A stretch of 64,000 nt of DNA, from positions 1,738,016 through 1,802,015 of the forward strand of contig CBDCJA010000002.1 in assembly GCA_965217705.1 (NCBI GenBank), given 5' to 3'. The notes under the pieces are model-generated. The model ran no database searches. It worked only from the letters and a program-made list of their open reading frames with translations, and was not told the DNA's origin. Both the position numbers and the translations under genes were made by a program. The first letter of the stretch is position 1; each line of letters opens with the position of its first letter. Source of the stretch: Dehalococcoidia bacterium (lineage in GTDB: Bacteria > Chloroflexota > Dehalococcoidia > Lucifugimonadales > CATOSD01). This document shows positions 30,017 to 38,782 of this stretch, in pieces.

Positions 30017-33000
30017 TTATTCCTCCGGCTCGTCGGCGTACTGGTTGTAGCCGAGGCCGCGCACGTGGGGTTCGTTGTGCAGCAGCAGGCGCAGTCGTGT
30101 CAGTTCGTCGGCGTCCCAGCCCATGGCCTCGGCTACGGCCTCGTCCCAGAGTCGGCGGACCTCGCATTCGCCGTCGCGGAACTGGGGGACGATCATGTCC
30201 TTGGTGCGCTGCCAGCAGTCGGCGAGGATGGAAAGGATGCGAGTGTCCTTGACGTCAGGAATTCTTATGGTGGAAACCCCTGCCGGATTGAAAAAGGGGA
30301 AGACCAGTGTTCTGCCTGCGTTTCGCATGAGTTGCAGCCGGCCGGGCGTCGAGTTGATGAATACTGCTGCCCCTTTTGCCTCAGTTCCCGATAGGCCCGT
30401 GACCGGTAACCATCCACCCCCCACGTACTGCTCATCATTGGCAACGGCGGTTAGGCGTGCCGTGCTGCTATTCTGCCCCATGGTAATCAGCAGGTGTCCA
30501 GCCTTCTGCATTAGCTTGGATGACTCTGGATAAATGCCACCATTCAAAGCGAGATCAGCTTCGTTACGCTGTTTGGGAATCCAGCGCTCATCCGGCGTAC
30601 TCATGATTGACTGCTGACCATCTGCGCCTTTGGACATCACCACCGAAAAGCTTCCCAAGTCGTGGGGTTTTGCGCGCTCGAAGGAACCATACAGGACTTG
30701 AAGAGTCGCGTGTATGGACAGATCAGAAACATTGCTTATGCGCAACAGTTCTGAACTGCTTGAACATCTTGCTGCAGCCTCAGCGAGCGCATACGAACGC
30801 CAAATTGCGGGTGTCCAGTCGCCCTGCTCCATACGGCCAGATGGCCAGTACGACACTTCGCCCCATCCGTTCGCCATGAGCCCTTCTTCAGAGCACTCCA
30901 GCAGGCAGCGATGAAAGTCGGCGACCTCGTTATCATCGACTGGCATCCTATCTATGTTCACGAACCGCGTTGGCGGATTAGGACCGTCATGCCGACGCAT
31001 TACGACGATACTCTCATTGAGGCCGGTGTTCTGGCTCAAATTTACGTTGCCCGGTTCGTGGCAACTGAGCACTGTGTGGATGTGAAACCGTTGAGCGAGT
31101 ACACGTCGCTTTCGCAGGGCGGAAGGCGCGGTGAGTGCGATGGTCGGGTTGATCATTGTTAGAATCCCATCCGACCGATCTACACAGTGGTCCGCAAGGC
31201 CGACGAATAGCGGTTCTATTGCGTTCTTGTCTGCAAACCCCATCAAGCTGTGGTCGGCCTGTGTGAGCTTCTGCTCCATTAGGTCAGCACGGTCACGCAG
31301 TGCCTTTTGTGTCTCCGTGGGGAACTTTTCGCCCATGTTTCCACGGTTTGTGAATGGCGGATTCATTATCACGACACGCGCGTTCCGCACTGCATCTACC
31401 GCGTCCTCGAGTTCCACGTCAGTGGATGCTTGCCATGTCGCTCGCGAGGCGATGGCATCGTCGGCTAGATCAAGTTCGTCCGGCCTCGAGACGACAGACT
31501 TCTGGCCCAGCAGCTCGACGGTTCCCACAGCCACGCTGCTGGGGTTGTCTCTGTGGGGGCCATACGGCATCTGGTGAAGTCCCATTCTGCGGTAACTCAC
31601 CCGTTGGTTGCCAGCGGTTAGTTGGGACGCGGCAAGCTGTAGGGAGACGGGGTTTATGTCCAAACCCTTCAAGACCTCCTCGACCGCTAGTTTCTGGAGC
31701 GCAGTCAGTTGCTCGTCTCCAGCCCCACAGTCGCGGGCTCTTCGCTTCATATCGGCGAGCATAGCGGCCAACAGGGTGCCGCTCCCACATGCCAGATCGA
31801 CCGTCTTGTGGGTTCGCCACACTCGCGGGTCGGACCAGTCGAGGTCGCCGCAGACGTCCAATGTCAGTCGGGCGGCCAAGGACGCCGCTACCGGGCGAGT
31901 GAAGAATGCGCCGTCCGACACCTGGTTTCCCATGACGCGGTTGAACAGCGGCCCGGCGTGGTCCGCCCCCATGTCGGCGTAGGTCTCGGCAATACGTTCA
32001 GCCTCAGCCGCGAGGTGATGCAGGGCGCGTTCGAGGCCTGCGAGCCTTCCAGTGTCTTCAACGGCCTCGACGGCTTCGAGTGCCGGTTCAAGTACAGGAC
32101 GGAAATCGTGTCGCAGAATGCGCCCCCACTCGCGGTTCACGGTTCGGACGACGTTGACCTCGTTTTTGATGGTGGACAGGTCGCTGATGCCCGGCAGCCA
32201 GCCGCCGTTGCTAATGCGCTGATGCAACATTGCAGCGTTCATCATCAGAAGTGCGGCAATCGTACAACCGTCGGCCTGTTTCTTGTCGGTCTCTTTGAGT
32301 TTGTCCAGTCCGAAGTGGCGGTTCAGCGGGGACAGCAGCCCGTCGGCGCGCAAATGATGGGCCGCCTCGCTGACACTCGACTCCAGAATGTTCAGATCAC
32401 GCATCACGCGGTTTTCGCTCAGGCCGGACTTCGTCAGAAGGTTCATCTTAATAGCATGGCCGTGGTCTTCCAGGCCGCTAAGCTTGAGCATGAGCTGGCC
32501 CGATTCCTCAGCTCGCTCCCGGGCGGTCTTGCGGCGCCTGCGCTGACGGGCGGGCGGTACGCGCACGCCGCCCTCGCCGGTGTTAATCATCTTGCGAGCC
32601 TTCGCTTTGGTCTTCAGAATGTTGACCACGCCGCGGGCCTCGCCAGCTTGAGGCTTGTCGCGGGAAACGGTGTCACTGCGTAGCTCGACGCTTCCGTCGT
32701 CGTTCATCTTGCCGGTAACCACTTGAGCAGGTTCGCGAGGCTGGTACTCCGGCGCGCCTGGGTCGGCGGCGCCTAGCAGGTCTCCCCCAAGCTGTTTGAA
32801 GTGGTCACCACGCTGGTCGTACAGCCCGATCTGAGCAGGCTCAGTGGTTGTTAACCCGGGCGGGCCTCCTGGTATCGGCTCCGTAACAACGTCCGTAATG
32901 CGACGAAATTCCCTGGCGAGTGTGCTCCTCCCATCGAGCACACGCTCCACTGCCTCAACAGCTTCGCCGGGGGCACCGTCGTGCTGGCGGTACTGGATAC

Positions 33001-35176
33001 GGCGGTCTTCCCCGGTGGCGACGGCTACTATGGTGCGCTCCACGGGCGGGGGCTTGGGTATGTAGAGGTACAGGAGGTCCTCGAGGTTGTCCTCGATACG
33101 CTGGTCGTGAGCACGCAGCGCGAGGAGTATCTGACCCAGCTCCTGCCACCCTTCTTCCGGACCGCTGCTGCTGAGCCAGCTTTCGGGGTCTGCGGTGGGC
33201 GATATGAGTATGGGGCAGACGATATAGCCGAGTTTTTTGCCGGGGGAGGTGCGCATCGCGCGCCCGACGGCCTGAATGACGTCGATTGGGCTCTTGCGCT
33301 CTTCGAGGAAGGCAACCGCGCTCAGGGACGGCGAGTCCGTGCCTTCTCCGAAGATGCCCACGTTGATGATGCCGTGGGGGTTAGCGGTGTCCGCTTCGGC
33401 AAGCCGGTTCTTGGCGATCTCGCGGGCGGCGGCGTTGCTTGAAGCGTCCAGGTGTTCGAGACTGTAGTTGGCCAGGGGCTGCCCGTTGGCGTTCTCGTCC
33501 AGCCACCTGGATACCCATTTCTTGACCCTATCAGTCTGGAGGTCGGACGCCATGTTCTTCGACTTGTCCACGGTGTTCATGAAGGCAATGCAGGACTTTA
33601 TGTCCACTTCTTCGCCCTGCGTGCCGCCACCCATCGTGAGGGCGAACGCCAGTCCCCGCAGGTAATCGGTGGTCGTCAGCTTGCGGCGGCCCTTGCTTTG
33701 TGTGTTCTTGGCGAGTAGGTTGGCGGCTTTAAACGCCTCGCGGTCGTTGATGGCCATCGCGATTATGCGGTAGTCGGACAGCCAGCCGTTGCGGACGGCT
33801 TCCAGGTAGCTCTTGCGGTACAGCTCGACCCCGAAGGTGGACTCGTCGTCCATCGAGCGGACAATCCAATCGGGATTGCCGGTGGCCGGCCTGCCGCCGT
33901 ATGTGCGCGGCGTAGCCGTTTGATAGATGCGGTAGGTTGCGGGAAATCTACGACTGTCGTGGCAGACCGTAAAGTCTCGAAGACGCCTCTCTTCGGAGGT
34001 TGCCTTGGCAGACGCCGACTTTTTTCGCCTTAAACCGGCGGTTCTGTGCGCTTCGTCGGCAATCAGGACGTGCGCCTTGCCACCGACGTTCAGTAGGGCT
34101 TCGGATACCCTGTCGCTGCTCTGGTAGGTGCCTATGAGGACCTTGATTCCCTTGTCGAGGACGCCCTGACGCATCCAGGCGACAATCTCGCCTGCGTCTG
34201 TGGTGACCCTGCCCTTCACTTCGGATGCGCTGAAATTGCTGTTGTCGGCGGTCGGGTCCTTCGCGGTGTTGCGGGTGCCTTCTTTCGAGGGGGCGTATCC
34301 GGCGGTAGCGTCGGAGCAGACCGCGAGCACGTCCAGTGGAACGGTGGCATGCTGGAGGTACTCCCGTCTTATCTGGGCGACGAGTGCGATTGAAGGACAC
34401 AGAACGATGGACAGTTCGCCTGGGGGCGTCAACTCCTCAATGATGCGCAGGGATATTCGGGTCTTGCCGGTACCGCAAGGCAAAATGATTCTGCCGCGAG
34501 CTTCACCGACCGGCAGCCCTCCGCTGTCATAGTTCTCATGCTCTCTGAGAATGCGGACGCTGTTGGCGACCGCTTCGTTCTGCATGCAGGACTTGGTCTG
34601 AATGCGTTCTTCGCTGTTGGGGTTAAGCTGGCAGTGTTCGCATTCTTCGTAAGCGGCGTTAGCTTGTTGCTGCTGATGAAGGTCGTTAGTGACGTTTACG
34701 ACCTTGATGGGCTTTTCGCTCATGGACGCCGACTGACTCGCGCCACTGGCTAAGGCGCCGTCTCCGTTGGTGACGATCCAGCGTTCGGTCCAGAAATCAC
34801 CAGAGGACGCGGCGGCGAACTTGGCAACTTCTATGTTACTGATGGAAGAGCCGTGACCGTACTCATCAAGCTGGCGCGACTTGCATTGTATTGCTAGGTA
34901 CTTCCCATCGCTTCGGCGAATTGCCACAACATCAATCCCCACGTCAAGCCGCGTTGTGTCGGGGAAATGAGCTTCGCGGTCCGGCCACTCGTCCCAGCGC
35001 CAGCACCTCTCGATGTCCCACTCTTTGATGTGCGGAGCAGCCTCGTCGGTAACGACCTCAAGCCAATCGCCGTCGGTCTCTTGTGGATTCATTTCTGCGG
35101 CCTTTTGGATTGCCGCAGCGATGATTGCGTTGCCATTGTTGTGATTCATGGGAGTGCTCGTCAACCGGTCGTGCAT
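30017..35176 (-). CDS. Type ISP-like single-polypeptide restriction-modification/defence enzyme (Mrr-type nuclease + SF2 DEAH helicase + N6-adenine DNA methyltransferase + putative target-recognition domain)
   Basis: 1,719-aa uninterrupted ORF. Nuclease DVGIDVVA-x10-AIQCK (aa 78-99, nt 34880-34945). Walker A CGTGKT (aa 234-239, nt 34460-34477). DEAH (aa 374-377, nt 34046-34057). QTATP (aa 419-423). Motif VI QAVGRAMR (aa 635-642, nt 33251-33274). MTase FFTRPVAASL, motif I VDLACGSG (aa 1126-1133, nt 31778-31801) and motif IV NPPF (aa 1272-1275, nt 31352-31363). Confidence 0.8.
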   Translation of the reverse strand: MHDRLTSTPMNHNNGNAIIAAAIQKAAEMNPQETDGDWLEVVTDEAAPHIKEWDIERCWRWDEWPDREAHFPDTTRLDVGIDVVAIRRSDGKYLAIQCKSRQLDEYGHGSSISNIEVAKFAAASSGDFWTERWIVTNGDGALASGASQSASMSEKPIKVVNVTNDLHQQQQANAAYEECEHCQLNPNSEERIQTKSCMQNEAVANSVRILREHENYDSGGLPVGEARGRIILPCGTGKTRISLRIIEELTPPGELSIVLCPSIALVAQIRREYLQHATVPLDVLAVCSDATAGYAPSKEGTRNTAKDPTADNSNFSASEVKGRVTTDAGEIVAWMRQGVLDKGIKVLIGTYQSSDRVSEALLNVGGKAHVLIADEAHRTAGLRRKKSASAKATSEERRLRDFTVCHDSRRFPATYRIYQTATPRTYGGRPATGNPDWIVRSMDDESTFGVELYRKSYLEAVRNGWLSDYRIIAMAINDREAFKAANLLAKNTQSKGRRKLTTTDYLRGLAFALTMGGGTQGEEVDIKSCIAFMNTVDKSKNMASDLQTDRVKKWVSRWLDENANGQPLANYSLEHLDASSNAAAREIAKNRLAEADTANPHGIINVGIFGEGTDSPSLSAVAFLEERKSPIDVIQAVGRAMRTSPGKKLGYIVCPILISPTADPESWLSSSGPEEGWQELGQILLALRAHDQRIEDNLEDLLYLYIPKPPPVERTIVAVATGEDRRIQYRQHDGAPGEAVEAVERVLDGRSTLAREFRRITDVVTEPIPGGPPGLTTTEPAQIGLYDQRGDHFKQLGGDLLGAADPGAPEYQPREPAQVVTGKMNDDGSVELRSDTVSRDKPQAGEARGVVNILKTKAKARKMINTGEGGVRVPPARQRRRRKTARERAEESGQLMLKLSGLEDHGHAIKMNLLTKSGLSENRVMRDLNILESSVSEAAHHLRADGLLSPLNRHFGLDKLKETDKKQADGCTIAALLMMNAAMLHQRISNGGWLPGISDLSTIKNEVNVVRTVNREWGRILRHDFRPVLEPALEAVEAVEDTGRLAGLERALHHLAAEAERIAETYADMGADHAGPLFNRVMGNQVSDGAFFTRPVAASLAARLTLDVCGDLDWSDPRVWRTHKTVDLACGSGTLLAAMLADMKRRARDCGAGDEQLTALQKLAVEEVLKGLDINPVSLQLAASQLTAGNQRVSYRRMGLHQMPYGPHRDNPSSVAVGTVELLGQKSVVSRPDELDLADDAIASRATWQASTDVELEDAVDAVRNARVVIMNPPFTNRGNMGEKFPTETQKALRDRADLMEQKLTQADHSLMGFADKNAIEPLFVGLADHCVDRSDGILTMINPTIALTAPSALRKRRVLAQRFHIHTVLSCHEPGNVNLSQNTGLNESIVVMRRHDGPNPPTRFVNIDRMPVDDNEVADFHRCLLECSEEGLMANGWGEVSYWPSGRMEQGDWTPAIWRSYALAEAAARCSSSSELLRISNVSDLSIHATLQVLYGSFERAKPHDLGSFSVVMSKGADGQQSIMSTPDERWIPKQRNEADLALNGGIYPESSKLMQKAGHLLITMGQNSSTARLTAVANDEQYVGGGWLPVTGLSGTEAKGAAVFINSTPGRLQLMRNAGRTLVFPFFNPAGVSTIRIPDVKDTRILSILADCWQRTKDMIVPQFRDGECEVRRLWDEAVAEAMGWDADELTRLRLLLHNEPHVRGLGYNQYADEPEE

Positions 35177-35340
35177 GTTGTACAGAGCTAGGTGGAGCCC
35201 TCAGGAGAGTGCAAGAGGTTGCCATTGAATGCCGGAATTGTAGCGATGGGACAACGGCGGCCAAAGGCGAGTGAGGGCGCGCTTTCGACAGAATCGGCGA
35301 GGCACGCTTGCGAAGGCGATGGTTGAGGTTGGGCGGGGGC

Positions 35341-35372
35341 TTTAGATTCCTCGGCTACGCTCGGAATGACAA
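35341..35372 (+). repeat. repeat family C module (tttagattcctcggcKNcgctcggaatgaca)
   Basis: Copies at 35341, 37367, 42551, 45749, 49024, 52020 and 53201, all in the same orientation. Confidence 0.9.
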
Positions 35373-35601
35373 GGTGGAGCGGGCGCGTGATGACGCGGAG
35401 TGCGCGGGGTCGGGATGACGGTGGCGGTTGTGTGAGCGATGGCCTGGATGGATGAAGCGCGGCCTCCCCTGCCCTTGGGTTCCCCCTCCTCGTTTCCACG
35501 GGGACAAGCTTCGCGGGAATGACGAAAGAGATGGGGCCGGAATGGCTGATGCCAAGGGGCGCGGGGCGGCGTGGACTGAGGGAATACGGGTGTGAGCCCC
35601 A

Positions 35602-35762
35602 GCGGGTGGGTTGCAAACCCGCCCCTACAGGGTGTCGGGGGAAGGCGGCGTTGACCCTCATCCATCCCTTCGGCAGGCTCAGGGCGGGCTCTGGCGTTGG
35701 CACGCTCGGAGGGGAGGGACTGGCGGGCAGGCATGAAACCTGCCTCTATAGCGTGGTGGGGG
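35602..35762 (+). repeat. two family D modules (gcgggcggg-n-cccgcccctacag) plus a cccttcggcaggctcagggcggg module
   Basis: 35602-35634 and 35723-35762. Other D copies at 23949, 36223-36293 (tandem), 39949, 41577 and 42425. The ggcaggctcagggc module recurs at 49128-49152. Confidence 0.85.
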
Positions 35763-35852
35763 AAGGCGGCGCTTTCACACACTTAACGTTACGCTTGCAG
35801 TCGCGCACTGAGCTTCTTGCAGCGACGCTAGACATTGTTCCACAATAGGTCA

Positions 35853-35957
35853 ATGCGAAGCAGGCACCGGCAGACGCTCGAACGCATGCGCACCCGACCG
35901 ACGCCGGCGGACATCAGGTGGACTGAGATTGCGTTCCTATCGGAGGCGCTGAGTAAT
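35853..35957 (+). pseudogene. hicA: hicA toxin remnant (N-terminal ~34 codons only)
   Basis: MRSRHRQTLERMRTRPTPADIRWTEIAFLSEAL matches the N-terminal third of HicA (K.R.TL..IF..P....I.W.EI..L...LG). The rest of the fold is missing and the frame runs into hicB. Confidence 0.55.
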
Positions 35958-36198
35958 GTTGGAGTACAAGGGTTACGTGGGCACGGTCGCCTACGACGAT
36001 GTAGCGGAAGTGCTCTATGCCAGGGTAACTAGCAGTGGTCCGTACTCTGTCGCAGAGGCAGAGGCGACCGACGTTGAGGGGATAAAGAGGGAGTTCCGCA
36101 AGTCTATCGATTTGTACCTTGCTTCATGCGCCGAGGACGGCGTGGAGCCGGCGCCGCCGACCGGGGTGCCTGTCGAGCCCCAAACGACTGCTGGGTAG
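35956..36198 (+). CDS. hicB: HicB-family antitoxin, N-terminal domain only (no DNA-binding RHH tail)
   Basis: MLEYKGYVGTVAYDD...EGIKREFRKSIDLYLASCAEDGVEP is the HicB (COG4226-type) core. The ORF ends after 80 aa, just before a family D repeat. Confidence 0.7.
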   Translation: MLEYKGYVGTVAYDDVAEVLYARVTSSGPYSVAEAEATDVEGIKREFRKSIDLYLASCAEDGVEPAPPTGVPVEPQTTAG

Positions 36199-36284
36199 CC
36201 AGGTCCTGCCGAGCTGGAGCTCGTCACAGACCGCCCTTACAGGGTGGTGGGGAAGGGACCGGCGGGCGGGTCACAGACCCGCCC

Positions 36285-37346
36285 CTACAGCTGGGATGGG
36301 TGGACCCACTGGGCGGTGTCGGAGGACTGGTAGATGGCGATGATTACGCGGAGGACGCTTTCGGAGAAGTGGATGTCCATCATGGGTTGGCGGTTTTCGA
36401 GGATGCCGTCTATGAAGTCGGCGGCCGCGCCGTTGAAGCTCTCCAGCCAGTTCATGGGCAACTGGAATGAGACGGTCTCGGCTCCGCGGTGCAGGACGAG
36501 CGGGGGAAGGTCGAGCATCTCTCCGGTGCAGCGGGTGACCCACAGCACGCCTTCCGATCCGATAATCTCCATGAACTCGTCGGCGGCGTAGTAGGACGTC
36601 CTGATGGGCATGTGGCGCGCGCTGGCGTACTCGATGGAGGCGAGGGTGTCGCGGCCGGCGTACTTCCAGGTCGCGGAGGCAGGCAGCTCCATGAGGAAGT
36701 CGTCGTCTGAGCGCGTGATGATCGCGGACACCTTCTCGACGTCTCCGCCCCACCAGATGGCGGTCGCCACTTTGTGCCAGCCGTCGTCGTAGATCATGCC
36801 GCCCAGGTTGCGATCGGGGTCTTGCCGCCATGTGTACGCGCCTTCCGTAAAGGAAATGGGGCTTTTGCGGATGTCGCCCCTGAGCGTGCGGATGCGGACC
36901 AGCGACAGTTCACCGATGGCGCCATCCTCTATCAGCTCGCGCGCCTTGACGATTGGCGGGTAGTACAGGAAGTTTTCCGTGGTCCTGTAGAACGTGGACG
37001 CGCGGCCGGCGGCCTCTGCCATGCGGCGTATGTCCTGGATCGAGCCGGCGGCCGGTTTCTGGCAAGAGACGTGTTTGCCTGCCTCGAGGCCGGCGATGGA
37101 CTGGTCGGGGTGCAGGAAGGTCGGCGTCAGGAGTTCCACGGCGTCGATGCGGTCGTCGGCCAGGACGTCGTCGTAGCTGGTGTATATGCGCGGCGATATT
37201 CCCCACTCTCTGGCGCGCAGCTCGGCGCGCTCCGGCGCCGGGTCGCACAGCGCCGCGACCTCGCACCGGTCGTGCGCCAGGTAGCCGGGCGCGTTGAGCT
37301 GGGAGATGGTGCCGCAGCCGACTATGGCGAGGCGTACTTTGTCCAT
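36285..37346 (-). CDS. Gfo/Idh/MocA-family oxidoreductase
   Basis: ATG at 37346. VRLAIVGCGTIS Rossmann start and EKP-like CQKP motif. The track ORF N-terminal extension reads through repeat modules. Confidence 0.85.
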   Translation of the reverse strand: MDKVRLAIVGCGTISQLNAPGYLAHDRCEVAALCDPAPERAELRAREWGISPRIYTSYDDVLADDRIDAVELLTPTFLHPDQSIAGLEAGKHVSCQKPAAGSIQDIRRMAEAAGRASTFYRTTENFLYYPPIVKARELIEDGAIGELSLVRIRTLRGDIRKSPISFTEGAYTWRQDPDRNLGGMIYDDGWHKVATAIWWGGDVEKVSAIITRSDDDFLMELPASATWKYAGRDTLASIEYASARHMPIRTSYYAADEFMEIIGSEGVLWVTRCTGEMLDLPPLVLHRGAETVSFQLPMNWLESFNGAAADFIDGILENRQPMMDIHFSESVLRVIIAIYQSSDTAQWVHPSQL

Positions 37347-37556
37347 GGTTGGGTCTCTCTCAGCGGTTTTAGATTCCTCGGCTGCGCTCGGAATGACAGG
37401 GGCGGCGGGCGGGAAGGGGCTGCGGACGGCCCCCGCCCCTGGCTTCCCGCTTTCGCGGGAATGACGAGAGGGGCGAGGGGAAGGGACTGCGGCGGGCGGC
37501 GCGGTCACCCCCATCCTAACCTTCCCCCGTCGAGGGGGAAGGGACTAGGCACGCCC

Positions 37557-38660
37557 CTACGTTATGGAGGCTAGGACTCGCTTGGCGAAGCCGTCGAAGT
37601 GCTCGGTGGCTACCCAGCGGAGGACGGCGACGAGGTCGTGCTCGGGGTCGACCCATATCTTGTTGGCGCCGGCGCCGAGGTGGTAGAAGCTGCTTTCGGG
37701 GACGCTGGGCATGAGCGCGCGGTCGGTGTTGAGGAACCAGTTCATGAAGCCGTAGGTGGGCTGTATGGGCGTGGGCGTGGTTGCCATGTCGACCCACTTG
37801 CGGGAGAGGAGCTGCTTGCCCTTCCACTCGCCGCGTCGGAGGGAGAGGAGGCCGAAGCGGGCCTGGTCGCGGGCGGAGATCCACATGCCGCCGCCCCAGT
37901 GTCCGCCGCCGCTGACGGACCACATGCGCTCGCCGTCCACGTTGACCCAGGAGTTGCGGTAACCGTTCCACTTCCAGGTGTCCGAGGCGTCGATGGGGTC
38001 CATCACGTGCTCCTTGAGCACCTCCGGCAGGGGGCGCTTCCACAGGCGGAGCAGCGAGAGCGAAAAGCGGTTCACGCGCACGTCATTGTACTCGTAGGCG
38101 GTGCCCGGCTCCTCCACCGGTCGCATCAGGTCTTCGTGGTTGCCGGCGGAGTAGTGCTTGTCCCACAGGGTGCCGTCCCACTCGCTTATCTGGCGCAGGG
38201 AGTGGTCCCAAGTGATCTTGGCGTTGTGTGGTGAGTCGTAGCCGCCGTCGTCCACGTAGCTGGCGACTTTGTCGTGGACGTCGCGAATCAGGCCGCGGTC
38301 GTAAGCGAGGCCGGCGACGGTGGACAGGAAGCTCTTGGTCACGCTGAAGGTCATGTCCACGCGCTCGGGCTCGCCCCACTCGGCGACGAGGTAGCCGTTG
38401 CGCAGCACGACGCCGGTGACGGCGCCGCGGGTCTTGGTCGGGCCGAGGGTCGCGCCGTCGTCGTATTGCTTGTTGGCGTTGTTCTGGCGGATCTGCTCGG
38501 CGAGGTCGCGCAGGTGGCCCTCGCGGTGGGGTTCGTTGGAGTAGTCGATGGCCTTCTGGAGCAGGTCGGGGTCCATGCCGACCTGTTCGGGTGTGCGGCG
38601 ATCCCAGTCGGTGCCGGGGCCGGGGAAGTATGTGGCGGTTTGGGTGGTTTGGGTTGTCAT
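37557..38660 (-). CDS. serine hydrolase (beta-lactamase/class C family)
   Basis: 367 aa. SVTKSF (SxxK) active-site motif. Confidence 0.8.
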   Translation of the reverse strand: MTTQTTQTATYFPGPGTDWDRRTPEQVGMDPDLLQKAIDYSNEPHREGHLRDLAEQIRQNNANKQYDDGATLGPTKTRGAVTGVVLRNGYLVAEWGEPERVDMTFSVTKSFLSTVAGLAYDRGLIRDVHDKVASYVDDGGYDSPHNAKITWDHSLRQISEWDGTLWDKHYSAGNHEDLMRPVEEPGTAYEYNDVRVNRFSLSLLRLWKRPLPEVLKEHVMDPIDASDTWKWNGYRNSWVNVDGERMWSVSGGGHWGGGMWISARDQARFGLLSLRRGEWKGKQLLSRKWVDMATTPTPIQPTYGFMNWFLNTDRALMPSVPESSFYHLGAGANKIWVDPEHDLVAVLRWVATEHFDGFAKRVLASIT

Positions 38661-38700
38661 GGGCGCCTCCTGGGTATGATGGGTGATTGTAGCATAGTTT

Positions 38701-38782
38701 GTCGGTTGGTCAGTTGGTCAGTTTGTCAGGGGTTGGTGGGTTGCCCCCATCCTAACCTTCCCCCTGCGAGGGGGAAGGGACT
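38701..38782 (+). repeat. family E heptamer array followed by a family A module
   Basis: gtcggtt ggtcagtt ggtcagtt tgtcagg, then gcccccatcctaaccttccccctgcgagggggaagggact. Confidence 0.85.

Noticed and set aside
35177-35260. Possible promoter for the Type ISP-like gene (minus strand TTGGCC-16 nt-TACAAT about 55 nt upstream of the ATG; no SD).
   Set aside because: The match is weak and no ribosome-binding site is visible, so it is not reported as a feature without TSS data.
35188-35782. ORFs lying entirely within repeat mosaics (35188-35703, 35342-35782, 29361-29789, 29450-29758, 45488-45822 and similar).
   Set aside because: They are concatenated translations of repeat families A-D (recurrent peptides such as IPSVAEESK and PSPxGEG). 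They lack start contexts and recur wherever the modules occur.
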